This document shows positions 39,688 through 50,463 of a stretch of 64,000 bases of DNA, one piece after another. The stretch is from positions 4,525 through 68,524 of the forward strand of contig JACWEB010000001.1 in the NCBI GenBank assembly GCA_014653715.1, given 5' to 3'. The notes beneath the pieces were generated by a model. It was not told where the DNA came from and did not search any database. It saw only the letters and a list, made by a program, of their open reading frames with translations. The DNA comes from Pelagibacterales bacterium SAG-MED31 (GTDB lineage: Bacteria > Pseudomonadota > Alphaproteobacteria > HIMB59 > GCA-002718135). The stretch's first letter is position 1. Each line of letters opens with the position of its first letter. Both the position numbers and the translations under genes were made by a program.

Positions 39688-40980
39688 CTAATATCTATAC
39701 GTTTCATCTTTAAAAGGTCCAACTTTACTGACACCAATATATTCAGCTTGTTTTTCACTAAGCTCTGTTAATTTTGCTCCTACTTTTTTCAGATGTAATG
39801 CCGCAACTTTCTCATCTAGATTTTTAGGCAGAACATAAACTTTATTTTCATAGTTTTTATAATTTTTCCATAATTCAATTTGCGCAATTACTTGATTTGA
39901 AAAAGAGGCACTCATAACAAAACTTGGATGACCTGTGGCATTGCCTAAATTAACAAGACGACCTTCAGATAAAAGTAGTATTTTTTTACCATCAGGAAAC
40001 TCAATCTCTCTTACTTGAGGTTTAATTTCATCTGATTTATAATTTTTAAGTGCCTCAGTCTGAATTTCATTATCAAAATGCCCAATATTACAAACAATTG
40101 CTCTATCGTGCATCTTTCTCATATGATCAAGTGTAATAACATCTACGTTTCCTGTAGCGGTTACAAAAATGTCACCGTAAGAGCATGCATCATCCATTGT
40201 TACTACTTCATAACCTTCCATTGCAGCTTGCAAAGCATTAATTGGATCAATTTCTGTTACACAAACTCGAGCTCCTGCACCTCTTAAACTTGCAGCAGAA
40301 CCCTTACCAACATCTCCATAACCTGCAACAACAGCAACTTTACCTGCCATCATTACATCAGTTCCTCTTCTTATTCCGTCGACTAAGCTTTCTTTACATC
40401 CATATAAATTATCAAATTTAGATTTTGTGACTGAGTCGTTTACATTGATAGCAGGGACTTTAAGTAATCCATTTTTTTCCATATCTTTTAAGCGATGAAC
40501 GCCTGTTGTTGTTTCTTCTGATAAGCCTCTAATATTAGTTAATAATTCTGGATACTTTTCATGAATTATTTGCGTTGCATCTCCACCATCATCCAATATC
40601 ATATTAGGTTTCCATCCATCTGGACCAGTTAATGTTTGCTCTATGCACCACCAAAACTCCTCTTCAGACATACCTTTCCAAGCAAACACAGGTATATTTT
40701 TTGATGCTATTGCTGAAGCAGCCTGATCTTGGGTTGAAAAAATATTGCAAGAACTCCAGCGAACTGAAGCACCAAGATGAACTAAAGTTTCAATTAATAC
40801 GGCAGTTTGAATTGTCATATGAAGACAACCAACAACTCTTGCCCCATCCAAAGGTTTGCTATCACCATACTCATCTCTAAGAGCCATTAATCCTGGCATT
40901 TCTGTTTCGGCGATGGCAATTTCTTTTAAACCCCACTCAGCAAGTTCCATATCTTTAACCTTGTAATCTTGACTCATCAT
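39688..40980 (-). CDS. ahcY: Adenosylhomocysteinase
   Basis: About 430 aa from [10 protein letters not shown], with AGGA upstream of the ATG at 40980. NAD fold GYGDVGKG. The track's 41055 start would overlap the kinase gene and adds a non-conserved peptide. Confidence 0.96.
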   Translation of the reverse strand: MMSQDYKVKDMELAEWGLKEIAIAETEMPGLMALRDEYGDSKPLDGARVVGCLHMTIQTAVLIETLVHLGASVRWSSCNIFSTQDQAASAIASKNIPVFAWKGMSEEEFWWCIEQTLTGPDGWKPNMILDDGGDATQIIHEKYPELLTNIRGLSEETTTGVHRLKDMEKNGLLKVPAINVNDSVTKSKFDNLYGCKESLVDGIRRGTDVMMAGKVAVVAGYGDVGKGSAASLRGAGARVCVTEIDPINALQAAMEGYEVVTMDDACSYGDIFVTATGNVDVITLDHMRKMHDRAIVCNIGHFDNEIQTEALKNYKSDEIKPQVREIEFPDGKKILLLSEGRLVNLGNATGHPSFVMSASFSNQVIAQIELWKNYKNYENKVYVLPKNLDEKVAALHLKKVGAKLTELSEKQAEYIGVSKVGPFKDETYRY

Positions 40981-41015
40981 TGTTCCTATTTTATAAATTT
41001 GTAATTTTAGTGCTG

Positions 41016-42710
41016 TTAAGATGAATGTCTTATAGGTAAAATAATCAAAAAACAAGCACCAGAATAGTCACTTTTATCAGATTTTTTCAATTTAAGTTTA
41101 CCATTCATATGTGTAACTATTTCTCTTGCTATAGATAAACCCAGGCCTGTATGGTTTTTTATATCTTCTTGTCTGTCAGTATAAAACCTCTCAAATATTT
41201 TTTCTGAGTCTTTAAAATTAATTCCTTTGCCTTGATCAAATATTTTAATGCTAACACTATTTTTTTCTATTTTTTTTAACTCAATAAGAATTTTTGTTTT
41301 TTTTGGCGAAAATGATATACTATTTTCAATTAGATTTACAAAGACCTGAGTTAATTTATTTTTATTTCCCAGCACTTCAATATTTTCATAACATTTATTA
41401 ATAACTAATTTTATATTTTTTGTATTATTCTTAAAAATATTTGGAATTTGATCTAAAAAGAAATTTAAATTAATCAATTGATTTTTTTCTAATTCAATTT
41501 CAACTTTTACTCGTGTAAATTTAGAAATATCAGTTATTAGTTGATTCATTCTTCTTAAATCATTAAGTATATTTTTAATTAATAAATTTTTATCTGCTTT
41601 TGCAATTGAGTCTTTTTCAATTAATTCCATAGCTGATTGAAGACTAGTGAGCGGGTTTTTTAATTCATGTGATACATCTTCACTAAATTTTTCCAATTGT
41701 TGTATCTGCAATTTTAGTCCAGCAGACATATTTTGGATCTCATCTGAAAGTACTCCAATTTCATCTTTTCTGTTTGGATAAATTATTTTATTTTCATTTA
41801 CCCGTTCTCTTTCTAGTATTGTAAGTTTTGATAATTTTTTAATTGGACTTACTAGACTTTGTGAAAAAATAAGTGACATGAAAATCATTATCATAACAAA
41901 TAAAATAAAAAAACTTAGTATGTTAAGAGAGGTGTAGCCTAGACTTTTTACTTGATTTGTTATTGGATAACTTAAAATTATAACACCATATACCTTTTTG
42001 TTAACCTGAATTGGTGCTGTAAATTGAAGATATAAGTTTCCACCTTTGTCTTCAATATAATATTCTTTTATTACCTGCTCCTTAATACTTTCAGAAACAT
42101 AAAATATCTCTGCTTTTTCTTTAGTAATTTTATCTAAAAAATCTTTTTTAATTAAATAATCATAATAGCTTGAGAATAAAATCAAATATTTTTGGCTAAG
42201 ATTATTTAAAAAATTTAAATTATTTTTATTTAATTCTTCATCTGGTAAGTATGTTTCTTCAACAATTGAAAAATCATATAAATCTAGAGTATCAACTAGT
42301 CTTATCCAATCTTCATTATAAATTTTTACATTAAAATCAGAATTTAAGTATTTGTTGCGAACAAATTCTTGAGTTATTTTTGGTTCCAATACTGGATCTG
42401 ATAACTCAAGATTATCATCATCTTTACAAGTGTTAATATTTTCAACTAAACAATTATCATTAAAAAGAGGCACTCTTATAATAGAATTTTTTTCAAGAAA
42501 AGATTGAATACTTTTTAAGTTTTGATTTGCTATTATTTTTTTTGTTTTAATTTCATCATCATTTTTAATAAGAATGTAATTAAAAAAAATCAAAAAAATC
42601 AATCCTATAAATGTTATAAAAAGATTTATAACTAAAATTTGTATTGATAGTGGTAAGTTATATAGAGCTAATCTGTTATATTTATTCACGCCATGAATAA
42701 CCTGAGCCAT
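41016..42710 (-). CDS. chvG: Sensor histidine kinase, ChvG/ExoS-like
   Basis: N-terminal TM helix, periplasmic domain, second TM helix, HAMP domain, H-box [11 protein letters not shown], and N/G boxes (HTGLGLSIA). The start is uncertain (42710 or 42743). Either choice overlaps the chvI stop. Confidence 0.85.
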   Translation of the reverse strand: MAQVIHGVNKYNRLALYNLPLSIQILVINLFITFIGLIFLIFFNYILIKNDDEIKTKKIIANQNLKSIQSFLEKNSIIRVPLFNDNCLVENINTCKDDDNLELSDPVLEPKITQEFVRNKYLNSDFNVKIYNEDWIRLVDTLDLYDFSIVEETYLPDEELNKNNLNFLNNLSQKYLILFSSYYDYLIKKDFLDKITKEKAEIFYVSESIKEQVIKEYYIEDKGGNLYLQFTAPIQVNKKVYGVIILSYPITNQVKSLGYTSLNILSFFILFVMIMIFMSLIFSQSLVSPIKKLSKLTILERERVNENKIIYPNRKDEIGVLSDEIQNMSAGLKLQIQQLEKFSEDVSHELKNPLTSLQSAMELIEKDSIAKADKNLLIKNILNDLRRMNQLITDISKFTRVKVEIELEKNQLINLNFFLDQIPNIFKNNTKNIKLVINKCYENIEVLGNKNKLTQVFVNLIENSISFSPKKTKILIELKKIEKNSVSIKIFDQGKGINFKDSEKIFERFYTDRQEDIKNHTGLGLSIAREIVTHMNGKLKLKKSDKSDYSGACFLIILPIRHSS

Positions 42711-43395
42711 ATCTTGTTCGAATTTGATCAAAAGACGGATCAAATGATTTAAATTTTTTTCTTAGTCTTTTTATGTGACTATCAATTGTTCTATCATCAA
42801 CATAAATGCTATCACCATACATAGCATCCATTAATTGATTTCGATCTTTTACAACACCTGGGTATTTTGCTAAAGATTTGATTAAGTTAAATTCTGCAAC
42901 TGTGAGTTCAATTATTTTATTTTTCCAGAAACATAACTGCTTTAAATCGTCAAGTTGTAGATCACCTTTTGCGAAAGTATTGTTAATCTTATTTGTATTG
43001 CTTGTTTCTGTTTTTCTGTTTTGATAGACTCTTAATACAGTTCTTATTCTTTCATTAAGTAGCTTTTGAGAAAATGGTTTTGTAATATAATCTGCAGCAC
43101 CCATTTTTAAACCAATAATTTCATCTTGCTCTTGATCTTTTGAAGTTAAAAAAATTACAGGCATTTCTTTTACTTTTTGTAATTTGCTGGATCTAACTTT
43201 TGATAATAATTCATTGCCATCCATTTTTGGCATTTTAATATCAAACAACCCTAAATCATAATTATTACTTTCAAGAGCATCTAAGGCGTCTAATCCGTTA
43301 TGAAAAACATCTACTTTAAACCCCTCAGATTCTAAAGCTAAGGCAACAGATGTTCGAATCGAATTTTCGTCATCAACAAGAGCTATTGTGGTCAT
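42682..43395 (-). CDS. chvI: OmpR-family response regulator, ChvI-like
   Basis: 237 aa. IALVDDE...FDIKMPKMDG...VIFLTSKD...GAADYITKPFS closely follows ChvI. Winged-helix C-terminal domain. Confidence 0.88.
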   Translation of the reverse strand: MTTIALVDDENSIRTSVALALESEGFKVDVFHNGLDALDALESNNYDLGLFDIKMPKMDGNELLSKVRSSKLQKVKEMPVIFLTSKDQEQDEIIGLKMGAADYITKPFSQKLLNERIRTVLRVYQNRKTETSNTNKINNTFAKGDLQLDDLKQLCFWKNKIIELTVAEFNLIKSLAKYPGVVKDRNQLMDAMYGDSIYVDDRTIDSHIKRLRKKFKSFDPSFDQIRTRYGSGYSWRE

Positions 43396-43631
43396 AAATG
43401 ATTTTACTTATATTTTATGGCAAATTTAAGTTATATTTATAAAAAAAATTTATTATAAATCTAATAAAGTGTGACTTAGGTTAATAACTTAATACATTAA
43501 TTTCAATTACTTGTTTGAATAAATTTATTTTCACTTAAATATAGAGATTGACAAGAACAAAAAATATATTAGTGTTCATGTTTTGTTCTTATTGCGATAT
43601 TGACCAAATGTTGTATTGTCAGAACACGACG

Positions 43632-43647
43632 ACACTACATATTGTGT
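43632..43647. promoter_or_regulatory. Candidate NrdR box upstream of nrdA
   Basis: ACACTACATATTGTGT matches the published NrdR-box consensus acaCwAtATaTwgtgt at about 15/16 positions. It lies 38 nt upstream of the nrdA ATG. Confidence 0.45.
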
Positions 43648-43684
43648 TTTTCGACAATAAATTTTTAAAATGGATAAATTATAA

Positions 43685-46444
43685 ATGGCAGACAACTCAC
43701 AGGTATCACAAAATAAAGCAGTAGAAAAAAGTGTAAATTTACTAAGTCTGAATGTAGTTAGAAGAGATGGCTCAATAAGTTCTTTTAAGTCAGATAAAAT
43801 ATCAGATGCAATAAAAAAAGCTTTTCTAGCTCAAACAAAAATCAGAAACAACAAAAACAAAGAAAAAGAACAAGAAGATAGTATCCATAAAACTGTAGAT
43901 GAATTAACACATAAAGTTGTTTCAGCTCTCACAAGAAGAATAGCAGATGGTGACATGATTCATATAGAGGATATTCAAGATCAAGTTGAGTTAGCGTTGA
44001 TGCGAGATGAGCACCATAAAGTTGCAAGAGCATATGTTTTGTATAGAGAACAAAGAGCTGCTTCAAGATATCATACAAAAAAATTAAAAGAGCAGGTAGG
44101 TGCAAAAGCATCTGCAATGGCCGTTACAAAAAGAAATGGGGAAAAAGAATCTATATCGCTAGATAAAATTACTAATAGAGTTTCGGTCTTATCTACTGGA
44201 TTAAATATTGATCCAATTGTAGTAGTGCAGAAAGCCGTACCCGGACTTTACAATGAAATTACATCTACAGAAATTGATACTTATCTGGCTGAAACAGCAG
44301 CCTCTCTCACTGTTGAACATCCTGACTACTCTTATTTGGCAGCAAGAATTAAAGCAAATTCACTTCATAAAGATACCCCTGGATTTATTATTGCAACAAA
44401 AAATCTTTTTGAGGATGGTCTACTTAGAGAAAATTATTATAATAAGGTTATGGCAAGTGCAGAAGAAATTGAGTCTATAATTGATTATGATAGAGATTAT
44501 AATTTTGATTATTTTGCTTTTACAACACTTACGAGAGCCTATCTCTTAAAATTTGAGAATAAAACTATCGAGCGCCCACAAGACTTATGGATGAGAGTTG
44601 CACTGACTGTTTCAGGTGATACTTTCAATTTTGATAAAATTAAAGAGACTTATGATAGTCTTTCAAATGGTTATTACACACATGCAACGCCTACTCTATT
44701 TAATAGTGGTCTCAAAATGCAGCAATTATCATCATGTTTTCTAATTGGTATGGAGGATGATTCAATTGAAGGAATATTCAACACAATTAAGGACTGTGCG
44801 CTCATCTCTAAAACCGCAGGTGGAATTGGTATGCATGCACACAATATAAGAGGAAGTGGTAGCAGAATAAAATCTACTAATGGAAAATCTAATGGCTTAA
44901 TCCCTTTCTTAAAAATATTTAATGAAACAGCGAAATCAGTTGATCAAGGTGGAGGTAAAAGAAAAGGTTCATTCGCTGTCTATCTTGAGCCTTGGCATTC
45001 AGATATAGAACAGTTTTTAGAATTAAGGAAAAATACAGGAGCTGAAGAGTTTAGAGCAAGAGATCTATTTTATGCATTATGGATTCCTGACTTATTCATG
45101 AAAAGAGTCGAAGAAGATGGAGATTGGACTTTGATGAGTGAACACGAATGCCCTGGCCTTTCTGATAATTACGGTGATAATTTTGTTAGTTTGTATGAAA
45201 AATATGAAAAAGAAATGCCAAATTTAGAAAAAATTAAGGCAAGAGAATTAATGTCAAAAATCATTGAAGCACAAATTGAAACTGGTCAACCATATATGCT
45301 TTATAAAGACTCAATAAACAATAAATCAAACCAAAAAAATATAGGTGTAATTAAATCTTCAAATTTATGTGCAGAAATAGTTGAGTATTCTGATAAATTA
45401 GAAACATCAGTATGTAATCTAGCATCTATTGCACTACCTAAATTTATTAAAAAAACTAAAAATAAAAAAAGTAAAGAATACGATTATAAAGCTCTTTATG
45501 AAACAGCAAAGTTAGCTACTAAAAACCTAGATGAGGTAATAGATATAAATTTTTATCCTACAAACAAAACCCAAACATCAAATAGTAAACATAGACCCAT
45601 AGGTCTTGGTATACAAGGTCTTGCTGATGTATTTTTTGAGTTAGAAATTCCTTATGATAGTGATGAAGCTAAAAATATTAATAAACTTATATTTGAAACG
45701 ATTTACTTCGGTGCTTTGGAGGCATCACATGAGCTTGCTAAAGAAAAAGGTGTTTATTCCACATTTGAGGGTTCTCCTTTATCTGAAGGAAAATTTCAAT
45801 TTGATCTGTGGAACATTAAACCTTCCAATATGTGGGATTGGGATACCTTAAGAAGTAAAATCAAAAAAGACGGAGTAAGAAATTCACTTACAACAGCATG
45901 TATGCCAACTGCATCTACTGGAATAATTTTGGGTAACACAGAAACATTCCAAATTCAAACTTCTAACATATATAAAAGACAAACATTGTCAGGTGAGTTC
46001 TTATTAGTTAACAGGCACTTGGTAAAAGCTTTATCAAAAAGAAATCTATGGAATAAAGAAATGAGAGATAAAATCATACTAGAAAATGGTTCAGTACAAA
46101 ACATTTCAAATTTTCCTGAAGACCTTAAAGAAACATATAAAACTGTCTGGGAAACGTCACAAAAATCAGTAATTGATATGGCGGCTGATAGAGCACCCTT
46201 TATAGACCAAACTCAATCAATGAATTTGTGGTTATCCACACCTACATTTGGCAAGGTAAACTCAATGCATATGTATTCTTGGAAAAAAGGACTTAAAACT
46301 GGAATGTATTATCTAAGAAGTAGGTCTGCTGTTGATGCAGTCAAAGTAACTGTTTCATCAGAAAAAGTAGCAAAAGAAGATTTTGTTAAATCTCAAATAG
46401 CAGAAAATAATGAACCAGAGGAATGTCTGACTTGCAGTGCATAA
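43685..46444 (+). CDS. nrdA: Ribonucleotide reductase class Ia large subunit (eukaryote/virus-like R1)
   Basis: 919 aa with an N-terminal ATP-cone, SSCFLIGMEDDS, the active-site NLCAEI and PTASTG, and a C-terminal CLTCSA redox tail. Confidence 0.96.
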   Translation: MADNSQVSQNKAVEKSVNLLSLNVVRRDGSISSFKSDKISDAIKKAFLAQTKIRNNKNKEKEQEDSIHKTVDELTHKVVSALTRRIADGDMIHIEDIQDQVELALMRDEHHKVARAYVLYREQRAASRYHTKKLKEQVGAKASAMAVTKRNGEKESISLDKITNRVSVLSTGLNIDPIVVVQKAVPGLYNEITSTEIDTYLAETAASLTVEHPDYSYLAARIKANSLHKDTPGFIIATKNLFEDGLLRENYYNKVMASAEEIESIIDYDRDYNFDYFAFTTLTRAYLLKFENKTIERPQDLWMRVALTVSGDTFNFDKIKETYDSLSNGYYTHATPTLFNSGLKMQQLSSCFLIGMEDDSIEGIFNTIKDCALISKTAGGIGMHAHNIRGSGSRIKSTNGKSNGLIPFLKIFNETAKSVDQGGGKRKGSFAVYLEPWHSDIEQFLELRKNTGAEEFRARDLFYALWIPDLFMKRVEEDGDWTLMSEHECPGLSDNYGDNFVSLYEKYEKEMPNLEKIKARELMSKIIEAQIETGQPYMLYKDSINNKSNQKNIGVIKSSNLCAEIVEYSDKLETSVCNLASIALPKFIKKTKNKKSKEYDYKALYETAKLATKNLDEVIDINFYPTNKTQTSNSKHRPIGLGIQGLADVFFELEIPYDSDEAKNINKLIFETIYFGALEASHELAKEKGVYSTFEGSPLSEGKFQFDLWNIKPSNMWDWDTLRSKIKKDGVRNSLTTACMPTASTGIILGNTETFQIQTSNIYKRQTLSGEFLLVNRHLVKALSKRNLWNKEMRDKIILENGSVQNISNFPEDLKETYKTVWETSQKSVIDMAADRAPFIDQTQSMNLWLSTPTFGKVNSMHMYSWKKGLKTGMYYLRSRSAVDAVKVTVSSEKVAKEDFVKSQIAENNEPEECLTCSA

Positions 46445-46465
46445 AGGAGTAGAGGAGTATAACAT

Positions 46466-47455
46466 ATGATATCAAAAGGCGTAAAATCAATTTTTCCAAT
46501 CAAACACCAAGATATTTGGGACAAGTATAAACTTCACATTCAAGCATTTTGGACTCCCGAAGAAGTTTCACTTCATGACGACCTAAGAGATTTAGAAACA
46601 CTTAATGAAGGCGAAAAACATTTTATTAAACATGTATTAGCTTATTTTGCTAATTCTGAAGCCATGATTAACGAAAATCTAGCAAGTAGATTTTACAAAG
46701 AAATTTTGATACCGGAAGCAAGATGTTTCATTTCCATGCAAATGCTTAATGAATCTATTCATGCTGAGATGTATGGTTTGCAAATTGAAGCCTACGTTAA
46801 GGATCAAAGAGAAAAAGATCTTCTTTTTGATGCTATCCAAAATGTCCCATGCATAAATCACAAAGCTCAGTGGGTATCAAAATGGTTAAATGGTAGTCAA
46901 AATTTATTAACTAGACTTATTGGTTTTGGATTAGTCGAAGGATTATTTTTCGCTGGTTCTTTTTGTGCAATTTATTATTTTAGAAAGAGGGGTTTACTTC
47001 CAGGTTTAGCATTATCTAATGATTGGATAGCAAGAGATGAAGGAATGCATTTTAGTTTTTCAGCACTTATGTTCAAAACTTTAAGAGATAAATTTAATAA
47101 TAACACATTAAGTGATTCTGACATATCAGACTTATCATTAATTCCTAATGATGTTCCCCAATCACAGTTTGAAGAAATTGTTAGAGAAGCAGTATCATTT
47201 GAAAAAGAATTTGTAAAAGATGCTTTGCCAGTAGACTTAATTGGGATGAATGAAGATCTAATGTGTAAATATATTGAGGCTGTTGCTGATAGAATTGCAG
47301 ATTTATTTGAATTTGAAAGAGTATTTAATACCGAAAATCCATTTGATTTTATGCGTGCGTTAGATGTTCAAAATGTAACTAACTTTTTTGAAAAAAGAGT
47401 CTCAGAATATCAAAGACCGACTGATAGAGCTCTTAGCTTTGATGATGCCTTTTAA
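46466..47455 (+). CDS. nrdB: Ribonucleotide reductase class Ia small subunit (R2)
   Basis: 329 aa. Di-iron and radical motifs: NESIHAEMY, EGLFFAGSFCAIYYF and ARDEGMH. Confidence 0.96.
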   Translation: MISKGVKSIFPIKHQDIWDKYKLHIQAFWTPEEVSLHDDLRDLETLNEGEKHFIKHVLAYFANSEAMINENLASRFYKEILIPEARCFISMQMLNESIHAEMYGLQIEAYVKDQREKDLLFDAIQNVPCINHKAQWVSKWLNGSQNLLTRLIGFGLVEGLFFAGSFCAIYYFRKRGLLPGLALSNDWIARDEGMHFSFSALMFKTLRDKFNNNTLSDSDISDLSLIPNDVPQSQFEEIVREAVSFEKEFVKDALPVDLIGMNEDLMCKYIEAVADRIADLFEFERVFNTENPFDFMRALDVQNVTNFFEKRVSEYQRPTDRALSFDDAF

Positions 47456-47695
47456 ATGAACGTTGAAATTTATTCTAAAACCAATTGCATTTTTTGTGAT
47501 AAAGCTAAGATGCGTTTAGCAAATGAAAACCCAAAGATACATATGCTTGATCAAGATTATACACGGGAGGATTTTTTGAGAAAATTTCCAAATGCTAGAA
47601 CTTTTCCACAAATAATAATAAATGGGGAAAATATAGGGGGTTATCACGAGTTAGAAAAGTGGCTCACTAGAAATTCTTTTGAGGAAGATTTCTAA
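47456..47695 (+). CDS. Glutaredoxin-like protein with a CIFC active site, translationally abutting nrdB
   Basis: 79 aa with YSKTNCIFCDKAK and TFPQIIINGENIGGYHEL (Grx fold). TAAATG junction with nrdB. Confidence 0.85.
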   Translation: MNVEIYSKTNCIFCDKAKMRLANENPKIHMLDQDYTREDFLRKFPNARTFPQIIINGENIGGYHELEKWLTRNSFEEDF

Positions 47696-50424
47696 TGAGC
47701 ATCTCCCCAATTATTTCCAAACCCATAATCTACTAAAAGAGGTACTTCAAAATTTTTGAACTCAAGATGGATATTTTCCATTATATTCTTAATTGTTTTG
47801 ATAGAAATTTCTTTATCCGATTCATCAATTTCAAAAATAAGCTCATCATGCACTTGAAGTAAAATTTTAGCATTTAAATCATTAGTATTTATTAATTTAT
47901 TTAATTTGATCATTGCTAATTTAATTAAATCTGCCGCAGTTCCTTGTATGGGCGCATTAATTGCTTGTCTTTCAGCAAAACCCCTTACAGCAAAATTTTT
48001 ATCATTTATATTTTTAATATTGCACTTTCTTCCAAATATTGTTTCAACAAACAAATTTGTTTTTGCAAATTCAATTTGATCATCCATATATTTTTTTATT
48101 TTGGGATATTTTTTAAAATAATCTTCAATATAATTTTTTGCTTCAGAGTTTGTTACTTCTAATTGCTTAGCTAAACCATAAGGACTAATTCCATATAAAA
48201 TTCCAAAATTTATTGCCTTAGCTTTTCGTCTCATTTCTTGATTAAGTTTTTCAGTATGAATATTAAAAATCTGTGATGCAGTTGAACTATGAATATCTTC
48301 ATTATTTTTGAAAGCATTAATAAAATTATTATCCCCTGAGATTTCAGCAGCTAATCTTAGCTCTATTTGTGAGTAATCAAAACTAATTAGCAATTTTTTT
48401 GACTCACAAATAAATGCTTTTCTGATTTTCCTTCCATTAGTTGTTCGTATGGGTATGTTTTGTAAATTAGGATCGTTTGAGCTTAATCTACCTGTAAGAG
48501 TATTAGCTAACCCATATGAAGTATGAACTCTAGACTTATTTTTTGTTGCTTGATATTGTAATGCATCAGTGTAGGTCGATTTCAATTTAGTCAATTCTCT
48601 CCAGTCTAAAATTAAACCGGCAATTTCATAACCCTGATCAGATAAACTAGTTAACATTGATGAATTAGTTGAAAAAGTGCCTGATTTTGTTTTTTTACCT
48701 CCCTTTATTTTTAAATCAATGAATAAGACCTCTCCTAATTGTTTTGGTGAACCAATATTAAAACTTTTTCCTACACTTTTAAAAATTTTTTTTTCTAAAA
48801 TCAAACTATCTTTTTCAAATTCAATACTAAGTTGTTTAAGATATTTTGTATCTACTTTAATTCCATTTTTTTCTATAGAAGATAAAACTTTTATTAAAGG
48901 TAAATCAATTTCAGAATAAACAAAATTAGTTTTTTCATTTTTTATTCTATGGTTTAAATAATTATAGAGTTTTAGAGTAATAAGTGCATCTTCAGCCGCA
49001 TAATCAAGCGCTTTTTGTATTTCAACATGATCAAATGTTATTTCTTTTTTTCCTGATCCTACAATTTCTTTAAATTTTATATTTGTATGATTAAAATGTA
49101 AGTAAGCCAAATCATCCATATTGTGTTTTGTAATTCCATTATCAACAGCATATGATAACAACATAGTATCAGCTATAGATTTAAGTTCTAAACCATATTT
49201 ATCTAATATTCTTAAATCATATTTTATATTATGACCTATTTTTAAAATAGATCGATCATTACATATAGGTTTTAGTAATTTAATTATTTCACTTTCCTTG
49301 ATTTGCGAACTTATTCTTTTATTGCTTTCTAAATTTTTATGATTTATTGGAATATAATAAGCCAAGTTTTCATTCAACGCAATTGAGATACCTACCAAAC
49401 TAGCTTCTTCAATATTTAACGAATTTGTTTCTGTGTCAATTGCACAATAACCATTTTTTTTTAAAAGTTTTATTAACTCTTTTAAATCGTCACTTTTATT
49501 AATTAATACATACTTTTTATTTAATTCATTTTTTTTTGAAATTTCAGGAATATTATTTTTAATAAATGAATTATTTTTTAGTCTTTCAGCAATACTTTTA
49601 AAGCCTTGTTTTGATAAAAACTTTGATAAATTATTATTTTTATTAATAGACGAATATGTATGAATTTTACTTATATCTAAAGGTAGATTTATATCATTTT
49701 TTAATTTTACTAATTCAAGACTAACTAAAATATCTTCTTTGCTTTCAAGTATAATCTTTCTTCTTTTTTCTTGAGAAATTTTGTCCGCATTTTGAATTAA
49801 ATTATAAACATCACCAAATTCTTCAATAAGTTGTAATGCTGTTTTAGGACCAATGCCTGGTGCTCCTGGAATATTATCAACTTTGTCACCTGTTAATGCC
49901 TGAATTTGAATTACTTTATCTGGTGGCAAACCAAATTTTTCAATGACTTGATCAATACCAATTTTTCTATTTTTCATTGGGTCAAGCATTGTGATATCTT
50001 TTGTAACTAGTTGCATTAAATCCTTGTCTGATGACACAATAATTGAGTTTAATTTTTGCTTTTCAGCTAATTTACAATATGTTGCAATGATATCATCAGC
50101 TTCAAAACCCTCAATTTCAATTTGAGGAATATTAAAAGCATCCACACACTCTCTTATTATTTCAAACTGAGGTATTAAATCTTCGGGGGTTTCCCCCCTA
50201 TTGGCTTTATATTCTTTAAAAATTTTATTTCTAAAGTTTTCTCTAGCCGCATCAAATACAACTATCATTTTATCATGTCTGTAGTCTTCAATTAGTTTTA
50301 CTAGCATATTAGTAAAACCAAAAACTGCATTTATAGGTGTTCCATCTACTCTATTCATGGGTGGAAGTCCGTAATAAGCCCTAAATATATAAGCAGAACC
50401 ATCAATTAAAATTAATTTTTGCAT
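47692..50424 (-). CDS. polA: DNA polymerase I
   Basis: 910 aa with a 5' nuclease domain, a 3'-5' exonuclease domain and pol motifs DYSQIELR and LQVHDELIFE. Confidence 0.97.
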   Translation of the reverse strand: MQKLILIDGSAYIFRAYYGLPPMNRVDGTPINAVFGFTNMLVKLIEDYRHDKMIVVFDAARENFRNKIFKEYKANRGETPEDLIPQFEIIRECVDAFNIPQIEIEGFEADDIIATYCKLAEKQKLNSIIVSSDKDLMQLVTKDITMLDPMKNRKIGIDQVIEKFGLPPDKVIQIQALTGDKVDNIPGAPGIGPKTALQLIEEFGDVYNLIQNADKISQEKRRKIILESKEDILVSLELVKLKNDINLPLDISKIHTYSSINKNNNLSKFLSKQGFKSIAERLKNNSFIKNNIPEISKKNELNKKYVLINKSDDLKELIKLLKKNGYCAIDTETNSLNIEEASLVGISIALNENLAYYIPINHKNLESNKRISSQIKESEIIKLLKPICNDRSILKIGHNIKYDLRILDKYGLELKSIADTMLLSYAVDNGITKHNMDDLAYLHFNHTNIKFKEIVGSGKKEITFDHVEIQKALDYAAEDALITLKLYNYLNHRIKNEKTNFVYSEIDLPLIKVLSSIEKNGIKVDTKYLKQLSIEFEKDSLILEKKIFKSVGKSFNIGSPKQLGEVLFIDLKIKGGKKTKSGTFSTNSSMLTSLSDQGYEIAGLILDWRELTKLKSTYTDALQYQATKNKSRVHTSYGLANTLTGRLSSNDPNLQNIPIRTTNGRKIRKAFICESKKLLISFDYSQIELRLAAEISGDNNFINAFKNNEDIHSSTASQIFNIHTEKLNQEMRRKAKAINFGILYGISPYGLAKQLEVTNSEAKNYIEDYFKKYPKIKKYMDDQIEFAKTNLFVETIFGRKCNIKNINDKNFAVRGFAERQAINAPIQGTAADLIKLAMIKLNKLINTNDLNAKILLQVHDELIFEIDESDKEISIKTIKNIMENIHLEFKNFEVPLLVDYGFGNNWGDAH

Positions 50425-50463
50425 TTTTTTATATTTCTGTTTTATAAAAGTTTTTAATTAATT

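Noticed and set aside
43553-43580. A second NrdR box within GAACAAAAAATATATTAGTGTTC.
   Set aside because: The best 16-mer alignment to the NrdR consensus gives only about 9/16, and spacing to the good box (about 73 bp) is atypical. It is reported only as an unexplained palindrome.
46242-46250. Perfect DnaA box TTATCCACA, with a near match at 37273.
   Set aside because: It is a single isolated 9-mer inside the nrdA coding sequence. There is no cluster, no AT-rich DUE and no intergenic context. It is compatible with chance and is not evidence for oriC or DnaA regulation.
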